Positions 37,801 through 46,491 are shown, counted from the stretch's first letter. The stretch: 64,000 nt of DNA from an uncultured Verrucomicrobiae bacterium (GCA_963806855.1 CAWDYW010000003.1:672001-736000); one strand, 5' to 3'. Program-made: numbers and translations. The notes: generated from the sequence alone by a model not told the origin.

Positions 37801-39823
37801 AACGTTTCCTCTGCCTTTCAATTCCAGCCCAAACCCTCTGTCTCGTATTAGAAATTAACCCTTCAACTCTTAATTTCTCTTCGATATCTTTGTCTTGTTC
37901 TGTTAAGGCGGCAATTTCTTCTGCTGCATCTTCTTTTGCCTTTTTCCACGCCTCAGCTTGGGCATCGTGGGATGCAGCAGTAGCAGCATTTTCATTTCTA
38001 TGATTGGTCTTTTTGCGATGCTTTTCAGCGTCAACGGTATGTTTTTTTTCATTCTGTTCAGCAGTCTCTTTTTTTTTCTCGGCTTCTGCGATCTGAGCTT
38101 CGATATCTTTTTTGGAATCTGTCAGAAATTTGCAATAATCATCAGGTGAAATAGCATTGCGTATCTGCCCGAGGAAGTTCCTCATCTGCTCTTGCTGATA
38201 GAATAGAGATGAAATGCTTTGATCATTCTTCTGAACTAGCATCCGCATGGTTTCGCTGGCAAAAGATGTCTTCTCAGCAATTTTTCTATATAAGTCCTGT
38301 TGTTTCTGCTGCCCTCTTGATTTTACGCAATGAAGGATTTGTCCCGCCGCCATGATCGGAGAGGCAACGGCACCCATGCCTAATAGTCCGAATCCTAAAC
38401 TTCCAGTATTCACAAGAAGATCGAGATGGTTGGCATAATCTGCCCTTTTCTTAATTCTTTTTCCAAAACTTTCATGGATCTCTTGGTCGAGCTTGCTATA
38501 GTATTCTGCTTTATTCCCCAGTCTCTCTCTTTCAGCAACTCTATATGCTAGCTTTTCTCTGAGCTCAGCTGCGGACCTTGCGTATTGATCGCGAAGCTCT
38601 TCGGTCCGAGAGATGGCCATCGCTGTGAGCAAGGGATTGGTCAGATAACTTTCAATTTGTGCTTGAATATTATCCGTATAGTGGGATTGCCCATGGAGTA
38701 TCGGTAGTAATTCAAGCCTTACCTCTTTATATTTGGCACTATCTCGCATCATCTCAGCTGCGCTCACAAATTCATTCATTTTCTCACGATGTGCAAGAAT
38801 AGTAGCCGTACTCTGAGCAAGGGTTGTGACCCTACTGAGAAACTCACTTCTGAATTTAGCATCATTATGGAATTCCTCGAGAAACTTTTTTCCTTGTTCA
38901 ATCAGGTTTTTTAGATTTGTATCTACCTGTTGATGGTCTAGTATAACTTGCTGATAAAGCAGCTCTCGAGATTGATCCGAGAGATTTAAACTGCTACATG
39001 CTTCAATCAGTTTATCAGTCCGCATTTCCGGCTCTTCACAGCGCAATTCATGTACTAATTGAGAAATCGCTGTAAGGGCCTCCTTTTCCGAGCAGTCTTT
39101 AGGCATCTGACCAAGCTTGGCCTCTATGAATTCCTGAACAAATTTTGGATCGCTAAAGGCTTTGTATCTTAACCCCTCTTCACTAAGAGACAAAATGCTG
39201 CCTAGTAGCTGGTCGGCACTGCTGCCATTTGCTTGGATTTTTGAACCCATTTCGGTTTGAAGTAAATGGTTTAAAACTTCTCTCTCCCAACCCTGATGTG
39301 TGGCTCCAGAAATTCCAGCTGGTGCTTTTGGGGCGAGTCGGGGTTCAAATACGAGATTAGAACAAGTGAGCTCCACTGCTGTTGATTTCCCACTACCACA
39401 AACTCGCCCTCGAACTGCACTGGTCTTTTCGCTGGTATTGGATAACCCACTCTCTTCTAATTCTAAATTAGGAGCTGTTATGATCCGACCCTGGGAGTCC
39501 AATTTTTGTCCCCTACGGCTCCAGGTCTGAGTTTTTGGATCATAGACATCAAAACGCTCTGCCCAATTTGGAATCTCAGGGTGAGGATTCATTTTTCCAT
39601 CAGCTTCCCAAACAACATTGGGATTCTTTAAGTGTACGAATGTCTCGAGCGCATTCTGGAAGCTGAACAGTCCTGGATTTCCCTGTGCTTCATCACACAG
39701 AGAGTCATCGTTATCACGAGCATGACATGCGTGGGTTGCCAATAGACCATCATGAGGAGTGACCAGAATACCACTGGGAGTCACATACCACGAATCACGA
39801 TCTCTATGGGATTGTATCGACAT
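34856..39823 (-). CDS. 1655-aa orphan coiled-coil protein with two hydrophobic regions
   Basis: Uninterrupted 5-kb ORF with GAGG RBS; no recognisable catalytic motif. Confidence 0.85.
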   Translation of the reverse strand: MSIQSHRDRDSWYVTPSGILVTPHDGLLATHACHARDNDDSLCDEAQGNPGLFSFQNALETFVHLKNPNVVWEADGKMNPHPEIPNWAERFDVYDPKTQTWSRRGQKLDSQGRIITAPNLELEESGLSNTSEKTSAVRGRVCGSGKSTAVELTCSNLVFEPRLAPKAPAGISGATHQGWEREVLNHLLQTEMGSKIQANGSSADQLLGSILSLSEEGLRYKAFSDPKFVQEFIEAKLGQMPKDCSEKEALTAISQLVHELRCEEPEMRTDKLIEACSSLNLSDQSRELLYQQVILDHQQVDTNLKNLIEQGKKFLEEFHNDAKFRSEFLSRVTTLAQSTATILAHREKMNEFVSAAEMMRDSAKYKEVRLELLPILHGQSHYTDNIQAQIESYLTNPLLTAMAISRTEELRDQYARSAAELREKLAYRVAERERLGNKAEYYSKLDQEIHESFGKRIKKRADYANHLDLLVNTGSLGFGLLGMGAVASPIMAAGQILHCVKSRGQQKQQDLYRKIAEKTSFASETMRMLVQKNDQSISSLFYQQEQMRNFLGQIRNAISPDDYCKFLTDSKKDIEAQIAEAEKKKETAEQNEKKHTVDAEKHRKKTNHRNENAATAASHDAQAEAWKKAKEDAAEEIAALTEQDKDIEEKLRVEGLISNTRQRVWAGIERQRKRFEGDGSQKEVRWAVSEGMQNHHAARSLNREPILDTFNTTRQLAAQVGVILGDTNQKMVLSVQTMRDIYMIYDAALLFNDVGVGGLKDIINKAQKGKEFEDAMKFLCSSAGLASTLVPMLQIFTLVIGVGRSLYCLIKGEKIKSEHQKVMEALQKAVQQLAEHMDRQFSYLRKELDFKHAQIIARFDEAHCDRAAYGMAILHSLKKYSTEVLMKMDEREFNKVLQEERREKEEFGKKSIILREKRELCKDVKLIESFCEYVADSISVLTYAEKKVNRGLTVPPQWMPEKPHYFTGYVAEQFGVNHIANASLYLHTAKEFYETAAPFLESGLIPDQKESVLARFGQFLKRGNTLLRLKDALPTAFQVVQSEQALVLKGLGDAIQKQKTRAESASLEELKSVWKNSCSTLRKGLNILFQGKTDQSPFFKNYAGAGKFFFNRVFSERLAPTEFDYLFPGWAGNTFRHLLSMKTDSGALITKEDFAKYEAEIMKGLSTTLQQSFSSLLSGDGKFTTHSELHQITKGWTNIHQRYLVIRFQYCLKKQCFLHRYAFLQTLQECENLRLSPEAEQNQRELLDFYILLDKAEQTYEFMQPGKSLLSVKDLNGLKVPTEFHTSTYDRRVYELMIQYLNFLDHKIQGKNRGTYHHHYDNQTKESTLPGNNLYSAMAESSVLLTSTDRTMIPLAFPKELLNHLYKAMEPHTSQILARGLGALTPRYRFVHEKGRGVEIRIYFFSEDNKEFRYFTVAAFDEASYLAFNRIKLIETKEGKIDVDVSPPNPTEFLIQATQCSIMNKKLGFPGAGTTMMNFGQEGEKVVALTENNEFPGLYTVWKEYPHKVLYYKCNQFHTRNDLENMLCYQDSGKPGKDFGLMVSRIEERQPIGKELFQMMEDKYYSLITLCSYLSQYKGPFLEEALIKVLQIFPPQSIDNLYHIAGQVLGVPLHHDKREAERIITELLKYPSKQVRDLKSVLKMIQEVLIEEGTH

Positions 39824-39998
39824 AATTTCCTCTTAGATTGCTTGTGGGGGTTTAAAAATCGTGTTGAGTATAGTCAGTCAAATTAATATTCTGCAATGGC
39901 CAAAGGAGAACGTTAAAAAATTAATATTCCTATCCTTGATCTCCGGAACCTCTTTTGCTTATTATAGCGTATTATTTCTAAAAGTATAGAATGGTGTG

Positions 39999-40796
39999 AT
40001 GAGCGGTTATATCTTGCAAACAGGCAAAAAGGGGAGCGAGCGGCTAGAAATTCTAAACGAGCTCACCAACTCCGGCTTTCTCGCTTTTTTACAACAGGCG
40101 GGGCTCAAAGAGGGGATGAAAGTGCTCGACGTTGGCTGTGGGACCGGTATCCTCGCCTGCGAAGTAGCGAAAAATGTTGGCCAAGTCATCGGCATCGATA
40201 ACAGCAAAGAGCAGATCGATCTGGCCCGTAGCCTTGCAGTAGGTAAGCACATTCAAAATGTCGAATTTCGGCAAATGTCTGCGCATGACATCGGAAATCT
40301 CGAAGAGAAATTCGATCTCATTTATTTTCGTTATGTTCTTCAGCATGTGAAAGAGGCTCCGAAAATCATTAAAAGAGCAGCTTCGCTACTCAATAAAGAG
40401 GGCCTGATCGTCTGTGATGAACAAGTCGATAGCGAAGCCTTTTACTGTGATCCGCCAAATGAGGGATACGATCTTTGGACCAGAGGTTGCGGATACCAAT
40501 ATCAGGTCCAGGGCACCGATAACTCGATCGGAAAGAAACTAAAAGAGATATTTTTAGATGAGGGCTTTGAACCCCTCGTTGCCTACGCATATGCGCCAGC
40601 ACTGATTACACCGAGGCAAAAAATGTTGCTCCGGTTAGGTTTTGAAGAGGCTGGAGCAAAAATTGTCGAAGCGGGCCTCTTCACAAATGCAGAAGTGACA
40701 TCGGCGATCGAGCTTCTTCGCGAATTTGAAGCGAATAATCGGTATTTGGCTTTTTACAGCAAATATATCCGGATTGCCGCTAGGTTAAAGGTTTGA
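39999..40796 (+). CDS. Class I SAM-dependent methyltransferase (intact copy)
   Basis: VLDVGCGTG and FDLIYFRYVLQH motifs. Confidence 0.92.
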   Translation: MSGYILQTGKKGSERLEILNELTNSGFLAFLQQAGLKEGMKVLDVGCGTGILACEVAKNVGQVIGIDNSKEQIDLARSLAVGKHIQNVEFRQMSAHDIGNLEEKFDLIYFRYVLQHVKEAPKIIKRAASLLNKEGLIVCDEQVDSEAFYCDPPNEGYDLWTRGCGYQYQVQGTDNSIGKKLKEIFLDEGFEPLVAYAYAPALITPRQKMLLRLGFEEAGAKIVEAGLFTNAEVTSAIELLREFEANNRYLAFYSKYIRIAARLKV

Positions 40797-41118
40797 GCCT
40801 GGCGGCCATGGCGAACTGAAAAAAGTATTTGTCGAGGTCTTCAAGAGTCGTACAATACTCCTCACTGCCCAAGACCGCTGCGCAGAAAAGTTCCTTTGCT
40901 CGAGCCAATTCTTTGCGCCTATTACGCCATCGGTCATCGCTTAAAGTTAAATAGAAAAGCTCAAGAGCTCGGGATACAGCATGATCGAATTTGCATTGAT
41001 CTCCGCGTGCTCGAATTGCACGATTGACCTCACTTCCAATGTTACCGAGTTGTTCAGCAAGTGAGAGAGTAAACCACCGGCCTTCGGCAAGAGATTTGTG
41101 AAAAAATTGTGTTGTCAT
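40780..41118 (-). CDS. Small helical hypothetical protein, partner of the DUF5674-like gene
   Basis: LAEQLGNIGSEVNRA motif; ATGA-coupled to the repaired upstream frame. Confidence 0.75.
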   Translation of the reverse strand: MTTQFFHKSLAEGRWFTLSLAEQLGNIGSEVNRAIRARGDQCKFDHAVSRALELFYLTLSDDRWRNRRKELARAKELFCAAVLGSEEYCTTLEDLDKYFFQFAMAARLKPLT

Positions 41119-41464
41119 GATTCCTCGATTAATAGAGAAACAATCTCTTTAACTTTTTGACGTATAATGGGATCAAGTACATCGCGAGATCGTTTCCAGG
41201 GGAAGGTCGCAGATTGATCATTGAATCGAATTCGATAAATTCTTCTCCAGATTTATCCGGGTACAAATTTATTCCCCATAAATCCTGTTGACGAGATCCT
41301 TGATCGATCAAATGGCCCTCTTCATCAGAATGAAGTTCAGCACCGATGGCCATAACTTGCCGTTCAATATCGACGACAGCTTTTACCAGATCACCATAGC
41401 GTTCTTTGGCAAGTTCGGATAACTCTGTCTTTGTAATTTTTTTTTCAACTACACACATCGGCAT
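41115..41464 (-). pseudogene. DUF5674-like protein with a 1-nt deletion near the 3' end
   Basis: LVKAVVDI, LHSDEE, LWGINLYP and IEFDSMINLRP motifs. The alternative frame continues RSRDVLDPIIRQKVKEIVSLLIEES*. Confidence 0.7.
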
Positions 41465-41540
41465 AAGCAATCTTTTATCAAGAAGAATAACACCCAGTAA
41501 AGAGATTTGCAAGATTCAATCCTAAACCTCTTTGGGGGTA

Positions 41541-41657
41541 TCAGAGTAGCGCCCTCTGTTTGAGCTCCTCGATAATCTGCTCATAAGACTCGAAAACAAT
41601 CCCATCGATGCCCAGCTCTTTGGCTCTTTCGATTGTTCCGAAAACCGGCGCTGGCTT
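41541..41657 (-). pseudogene. Shard resembling the C-terminus of a HAD-family phosphatase
   Basis: IERAKELGIDGIVFESYEQIIEELKQRALL* with no in-frame start. Confidence 0.5.
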
Positions 41658-41784
41658 TAAACATGGACTTGGATGATAATTGTGAGCTGAGTCGAGAAGA
41701 ATCCCAAGAGTTCATCAATCGGGTTTCCAAAGAGATATTTGAGAATAGACCTATTTCCCTACATCACTAAGAGAGAAGAGCACT

Positions 41785-42381
41785 ATGAAGCAATTACTCT
41801 ATAACCTCATCCAGTATGTTATTTTGGGACTGGGCTGGATACTTCTTATTCCATTTGCCCCAATTATTGGATTAATCGGCATCCTTTTTTACGGCATCCA
41901 AGCTCTACGCCAACTCCCCAAACACCGCTCACTCTATCGACAAACTCTTTTCAATGGCATAAGAGAAAACTATGGTCGCATCCCTGGGCAAGATTATTCA
42001 CAATGGGACGGCAAGCAAATCATCCCTTGTCATAGAAAGCTAAATTTGAAGGGCATCTATTTGCATGGGGCAGAAAATCAAAATTTTTTGGTTGCAGAAC
42101 CTCTTATTAAAACCCCCTTTTGCATAGAAGAAGATCTACGATGGCTTGAGGTTGAGTTTTTAAGATATGTAGATAAGGCAGTGCTCGATGAAAAACTAGA
42201 TAAATTCCAACTTTCTGCCTTGGCTCTTATTCCTATCTTTGGAGTGTATGCTGCTGTATGTCTATTTATTGGCAGGACTGAGCCTATGAGCCGCGGCCGT
42301 TTTTGGAATTGGTGGGACGCGCTTGAATTTCATATCGAAACCTGCAAAAAAAATTTGGGATATGATGAATATAGAAAATAA
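41785..42381 (+). CDS. Hypothetical membrane protein
   Basis: 198 aa with N- and C-terminal hydrophobic stretches. Confidence 0.7.
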   Translation: MKQLLYNLIQYVILGLGWILLIPFAPIIGLIGILFYGIQALRQLPKHRSLYRQTLFNGIRENYGRIPGQDYSQWDGKQIIPCHRKLNLKGIYLHGAENQNFLVAEPLIKTPFCIEEDLRWLEVEFLRYVDKAVLDEKLDKFQLSALALIPIFGVYAAVCLFIGRTEPMSRGRFWNWWDALEFHIETCKKNLGYDEYRK

Positions 42382-42676
42382 ATCTGCAGAGCTAAAAGGA
42401 CTTAAAAAGCTGGTGATTTTCTGCACAATCCTCTATGGGACTTTCCTCACCATCAGCCTCTTCAATATCGTGAACACCATTGTCCGCATCATCCTTTGGT
42501 ATTCTTTGTATCCCCTTTTAGGGTGGTTATGGGTATCTATTGCCCTTGGCATTCCTTTATCAATGATCATCTTTATCGCGAAACTTTGGTCGCACTATTT
42601 AAAAAGTAACGTTAATAAAGTTTATCTATATTCTATTTTGCCTTTACTAGTATTAATTATTTCATTTTTAATTTAA
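42362..42676 (+). CDS. Small hydrophobic membrane protein
   Basis: Three TM-like segments. Confidence 0.6.
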   Translation: MMNIENKSAELKGLKKLVIFCTILYGTFLTISLFNIVNTIVRIILWYSLYPLLGWLWVSIALGIPLSMIIFIAKLWSHYLKSNVNKVYLYSILPLLVLIISFLI

Positions 42677-42697
42677 CAAGAGAAACCCGACTTATAT

Positions 42698-43084
42698 ATG
42701 AAAGAAAGAGAAAAAGTCCTTGAGGAAGTGAAGCAATACGGATTGAATCTTGAATTTGCAAGCGATGAGTTCAAGAATGACCGGGAAATCGTTCTTGCAG
42801 CTGTAAAGCGAGGAGGATGGGCTCTTGTGTTTGCCAGTGATGAACTCAAAAATGATCGAGAGATTGTCCTTGTGGCTGTCCAAGAAAATGGAGGAGCGCT
42901 TCTGGTTGCCAGTGATGAACTCAAAAATGATCGAGAGATCGTCCTTGATGCTGTGCAGCAAAACCCTGAGGCTATTCGATTTGCAGATGCATGCCTGAAG
43001 GATGACCCTTTATTCACAGAACATTTTCGCTGGCTTGAGTCTAATCCTGAGAAAAAACCACTATGGGAATTCAAGATCGTATGA
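42698..43084 (+). CDS. DUF4116-like repeat protein
   Basis: 25-aa repeats ASDELKNDREIVLxAV. Confidence 0.85.
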   Translation: MKEREKVLEEVKQYGLNLEFASDEFKNDREIVLAAVKRGGWALVFASDELKNDREIVLVAVQENGGALLVASDELKNDREIVLDAVQQNPEAIRFADACLKDDPLFTEHFRWLESNPEKKPLWEFKIV

Positions 43085-43101
43085 GTTTTAAGGATAGGAA
43101 A

Positions 43102-43155
43102 AACAAGCGGGTTTGAGCTCTTCCCCCTAGGGGGAAGGGCTCAAGCCCGTTTGTT
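43102..43155 (+). repeat. 54-bp hairpin between convergent genes
   Basis: 27-nt arms; all three mismatches are G-U pairs on the plus strand. Confidence 0.8.
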
Positions 43156-43239
43156 CGAATTCTACCTTTTTGTTGGGATTAACCCTTCAAAAAGAGAACC
43201 ACCCAAAATATCTCCCAATTTTTTAAGATTTAGGACTCT

Positions 43240-43569
43240 TCAAGTGTTTGCCTTAAGGGCAGAGGCACGAGCGAATAGCTGCTCTCGTGTCACCACAGTG
43301 CCGTCTTGCAAAGTCGTGGTCTGACGGCCGGAAAGCGTTTCGCCAAGTTTGATGTAAGCTGTGGCTTTGGTTTTGGCTGTTCCTAGAGAAATGATCCTTT
43401 TATAACAATCTTGCAGTGTTACATAACCACCGCTAATGAAAACCTTTGGGAATAGGCTGCCGTCAAGCTCATTAGCAATCTCTATCCATGCATTTACAAA
43501 ATTAGGATTTATTTCCAAACCTTTTGCGAGCAAATCTTTTTTATCTAAATCTCCCTCATTCCGATGCAC
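43240..43569 (-). CDS. TPR-like protein or gene remnant
   Basis: KGLEINPNFVNAW and AYIKLGE patterns; start is uncertain. Confidence 0.5.
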   Translation of the reverse strand: MHRNEGDLDKKDLLAKGLEINPNFVNAWIEIANELDGSLFPKVFISGGYVTLQDCYKRIISLGTAKTKATAYIKLGETLSGRQTTTLQDGTVVTREQLFARASALKANT

Positions 43570-43637
43570 CCTTATGCTATTCGTGCCGATTATGCGGGCC
43601 AGTTCGAAAAAGAGTTAGGGTGATAGTTTGGAAAAGT

Positions 43638-43825
43638 TGGCGCTGTTGCGTAATTTAACTCTCTGAAAATCAAAAAAATTATATCACCACAGAGAGCACA
43701 GAGGACACAGAGAAAAAATGGCCTTCTATAGGGAATTTGGAAATTTTTTTCTCTGTGCTCTCTGTGGTGATAAATATTTTATATTCAATCTCTTAAGAGC
43801 GAATTCTAATTACGCAACAACGCCA
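43638..43825. mobile_element. Nested inverted-repeat element: outer 18-bp IR, inner CACAGAG-unit IR at 43682-43772
   Basis: TGGCGCTGTTGCGTAATT / AATTACGCAACAACGCCA encloses TATCACCACAGAGAGCACAGAG...CTCTGTGCTCTCTGTGGTGATA. Confidence 0.7.
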
Positions 43826-43887
43826 TGGTTTTTGTCAAAAATATAATTACTTAATTTTAAACAACTTACATAACTGTAAGTAATTAA

Positions 43888-43916
43888 TTGACAATAATTA
43901 CAAATTTATATATAAT
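43888..43916 (+). promoter_or_regulatory. Consensus sigma70-type promoter
   Basis: TTGACA-17-TATAAT, then an AAGGAG RBS before ATG 43946. Confidence 0.8.
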
Positions 43917-43945
43917 TAATTATATAATTTAAACAAGGAGTAATT

Positions 43946-44455
43946 ATGAGTATAAATCCACCACAGGCAGCGGCCAGCGACCATAATGGAAACTCAAGCA
44001 AAGGAACATCAGATTTAGTAATAATTGGAGCATCGGCACTTGTCGTAGGATCTACGGTAGCTTTAACTTTTGCGGGAAGGCAAATATCAAAAATGTTATG
44101 GGCGGAAAGTCCAGTTAAAAATCAGCTTCAAAATACCCAAGAGTTAGAAATGACTCTAGCTCGAATAAAGAAAGTGAGCGCATCTCTCATAGGTGATCAT
44201 AAAGAATTTGGTAAAAACTTAGCAGAACTGCCTGAAAATATCAAAGAAGGTTATGCACAAATCATTAGGACTCCATTGAATCAATTGTCAATGGACGTTA
44301 GAAGAGCTTTAGAAAAGTTGAAGGCAAGTGATGAATATCTATCGATCGTGGAAAAATGCGATGGCACCGCTGATCCAGAAAAAGTTGCATTGGGAAAAAT
44401 ATTCTTCGAATTTCAAATGAGGTCGATTGAAGAACAGATCATGCCCGAGCTCTAA
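43946..44455 (+). CDS. Hypothetical protein with a single TM and effector-like N-terminus
   Basis: MSINPPQAAASD start, then a hydrophobic segment and helical body. Confidence 0.75.
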   Translation: MSINPPQAAASDHNGNSSKGTSDLVIIGASALVVGSTVALTFAGRQISKMLWAESPVKNQLQNTQELEMTLARIKKVSASLIGDHKEFGKNLAELPENIKEGYAQIIRTPLNQLSMDVRRALEKLKASDEYLSIVEKCDGTADPEKVALGKIFFEFQMRSIEEQIMPEL

Positions 44456-44466
44456 ATAAACGTTTA

Positions 44467-44742
44467 CTATTTATCCATTTCAATGTTTAGGTTCAAATCA
44501 ATGACACCAAATTCATCGCACTGGAAAAGACCAAGCGAAGTCCAAAGGAGGCCATTTTCATCTAACAGTTGGGCGGTGATCCGGATTTCTTCTCCCGGCT
44601 CTGGACCACGGAAGACAATGGAGATTTCTTGATCCACGGATGATTGCTCAATATAAGCTTCAGTATACACCGATGCGGGAGGCACTAAAGAAGATTGGAG
44701 GATGGCTCCAGAGAGAATCCAAGAAGTGGGGAAAATCTGCAT
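44467..44742 (-). pseudogene. N-terminal fragment of an acyl-CoA thioesterase/BAAT-like gene
   Basis: DQEISIVFRGPEPG...DENGLLWTS..FQCDEFGVIDL, then an abrupt end. Confidence 0.6.
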
Positions 44743-44799
44743 ACGCGTAATCCTAGCATAAAAGCCCCTGGGAATGCAAAATCAGTAGAAAAAAATTTC

Positions 44800-46383
44800 C
44801 TATGAGTCCAATTCCCAAATATCGGTCGCCACCTTGTCGATGAACATTTGATCGTGTGAAATAGCGAGGATGGCTCCATCAAAATCAAGCAGCGCTTTTT
44901 CAAAGGCCTCAAGGGTCATCAAGTCGAGGTGGTTGGTTGGCTCGTCGAGCAGTAAAACATTGGGCTTCTCTAGAGTGAGAGCGAGGAGCATCAGCCGTTT
45001 TCTCTGCCCGACGCTCAATGTGGCAAACGGGCGGTGGATCAGCTCTGCCCCACTAAGAGCTGCCATATGGAGCGCTCGACGCAATTTCTCTTCATTGAGG
45101 TTGAACCGGTTTTCAAAGTATTCGAGAGGGGTTTGGTCCATTGGAAGCAATTCGACCTCTTGGTCCAGATAGGCGATCTTGACCCCTTGTGACCAGCGGA
45201 CCTGCCCTTCATCGATAGGCAAAAGGCCAGCCAGACAACGTAGCAGAGTGGTTTTCCCGGTTCCATTGGCACCTGTCAGCACAATGCGGGCCCCATTCTT
45301 CAGCTTGCCGCTATAATCTGAAAAGAGCACCTTATCCCCAAATGCCTTACGGATGCCCTCCCATTCGACTGCGATTGACGATGGCAGCGGGGTTTGTTCA
45401 AAGCGGAGTCCCTTGATGCTTTTTGGCTTGGGATGGGGGAGGGGATTGGCGTCAATTTCAGCCAGACGCCCCTTCCAAAAATCCAAATTGCGCTGCACCG
45501 ACTTCTGGTGTTTTTCCCCGCGCCGGTCATAAGCCATGATATTGCGATCCGATGGGGGAGTAGGCTTTGCCTTCGAAAAAGTGGTCTCTTTGATTTTTTT
45601 CTTTAGCTCCGCCCGCTCCTCTTCCTGCGCAAGATAGTCTTGCATCTGCTTCTCCAGAAGCCGTTTTTGTTCCTTGAGATAGAAATCGTAGCTTCCCCCA
45701 TAGAGGGTCAATTTGCCCCCTTTGATTTCAACCAGACGGTTGCAGGTCTCATTCAAAAACTTCCGCTCGTGCGAGACAATCACGGTCGCCCCTTTCCTGC
45801 TCCGCAGCATCTCCTGAAGCCACAGTTGCATCTGCTGATCCAAGTGGTTGGTCGGCTCGTCGAGCAGCAGCAGATCGGGATCCTCCATCAAGGCTTTTGC
45901 AAGCGCAATGCGGACCCGCTGACCACTGCTAAGAGAGGCCATTGGCTGGTCGAGAAGGTCCTCTAGCCTTAGCCCCTGCAGCATCTTTTCAAGCGGCAGC
46001 CGGCGATATCCACCTAGCCGCTCATATTCAGCATGAAGCTCTTCCCACTCTGCAATGCGGGCTGGATCTTCGAGGCACTGGGCCATCTGCTCTTCAAGGT
46101 TCGATAGGGGCCCTTCTTCGAGATAGCTTCGCGCAGTCCCTTCTGTTGGGGGAACCTCTTGGGGAAGAAAGCCGATCGACAAATGGGGCGCCTGAGAGAA
46201 CTGGCCAGAATCGGGCTGCACGAGGCCGCTCAGCAGCTGCAATAGGGTCGTCTTGCCAGCGCCGTTTTCGCCGATGAGGGCAAAGATCTCCCCATCATTG
46301 ATTGACAAGGCGATATCCTCAAAAAGGGGCCGATTTCCAAAAATTTTAAAGAGATGAGTAAATTGAATAAGGAGTCGAGACAT
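44800..46383 (-). CDS. ABC-F family ATPase (possible ribosomal protection protein)
   Basis: Two NBDs (GENGAGKTT, GANGTGKTT, DEPTNHLD twice), long linker, no TM segments. Confidence 0.92.
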   Translation of the reverse strand: MSRLLIQFTHLFKIFGNRPLFEDIALSINDGEIFALIGENGAGKTTLLQLLSGLVQPDSGQFSQAPHLSIGFLPQEVPPTEGTARSYLEEGPLSNLEEQMAQCLEDPARIAEWEELHAEYERLGGYRRLPLEKMLQGLRLEDLLDQPMASLSSGQRVRIALAKALMEDPDLLLLDEPTNHLDQQMQLWLQEMLRSRKGATVIVSHERKFLNETCNRLVEIKGGKLTLYGGSYDFYLKEQKRLLEKQMQDYLAQEEERAELKKKIKETTFSKAKPTPPSDRNIMAYDRRGEKHQKSVQRNLDFWKGRLAEIDANPLPHPKPKSIKGLRFEQTPLPSSIAVEWEGIRKAFGDKVLFSDYSGKLKNGARIVLTGANGTGKTTLLRCLAGLLPIDEGQVRWSQGVKIAYLDQEVELLPMDQTPLEYFENRFNLNEEKLRRALHMAALSGAELIHRPFATLSVGQRKRLMLLALTLEKPNVLLLDEPTNHLDLMTLEAFEKALLDFDGAILAISHDQMFIDKVATDIWELDS

Positions 46384-46491
46384 AAATTTGTTCCTGGGTT
46401 AGTGGTTTAGAATAGGGGGAACGAACTTATTTTCTCATTGGGAGTTACTCCTTTTAACTAAATTATAACAATTTTTGTGTGTTTTTGTCAA
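46384..46491 (-). promoter_or_regulatory. ABC-F promoter and attenuator-like leader with uORF MRK* (46427-46438)
   Basis: TTGACA-18-TATAAT with extended TG; AAAAGGAG RBS; a 13-bp stem pairs the uORF end with the ABC-F RBS and start. Confidence 0.75.
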
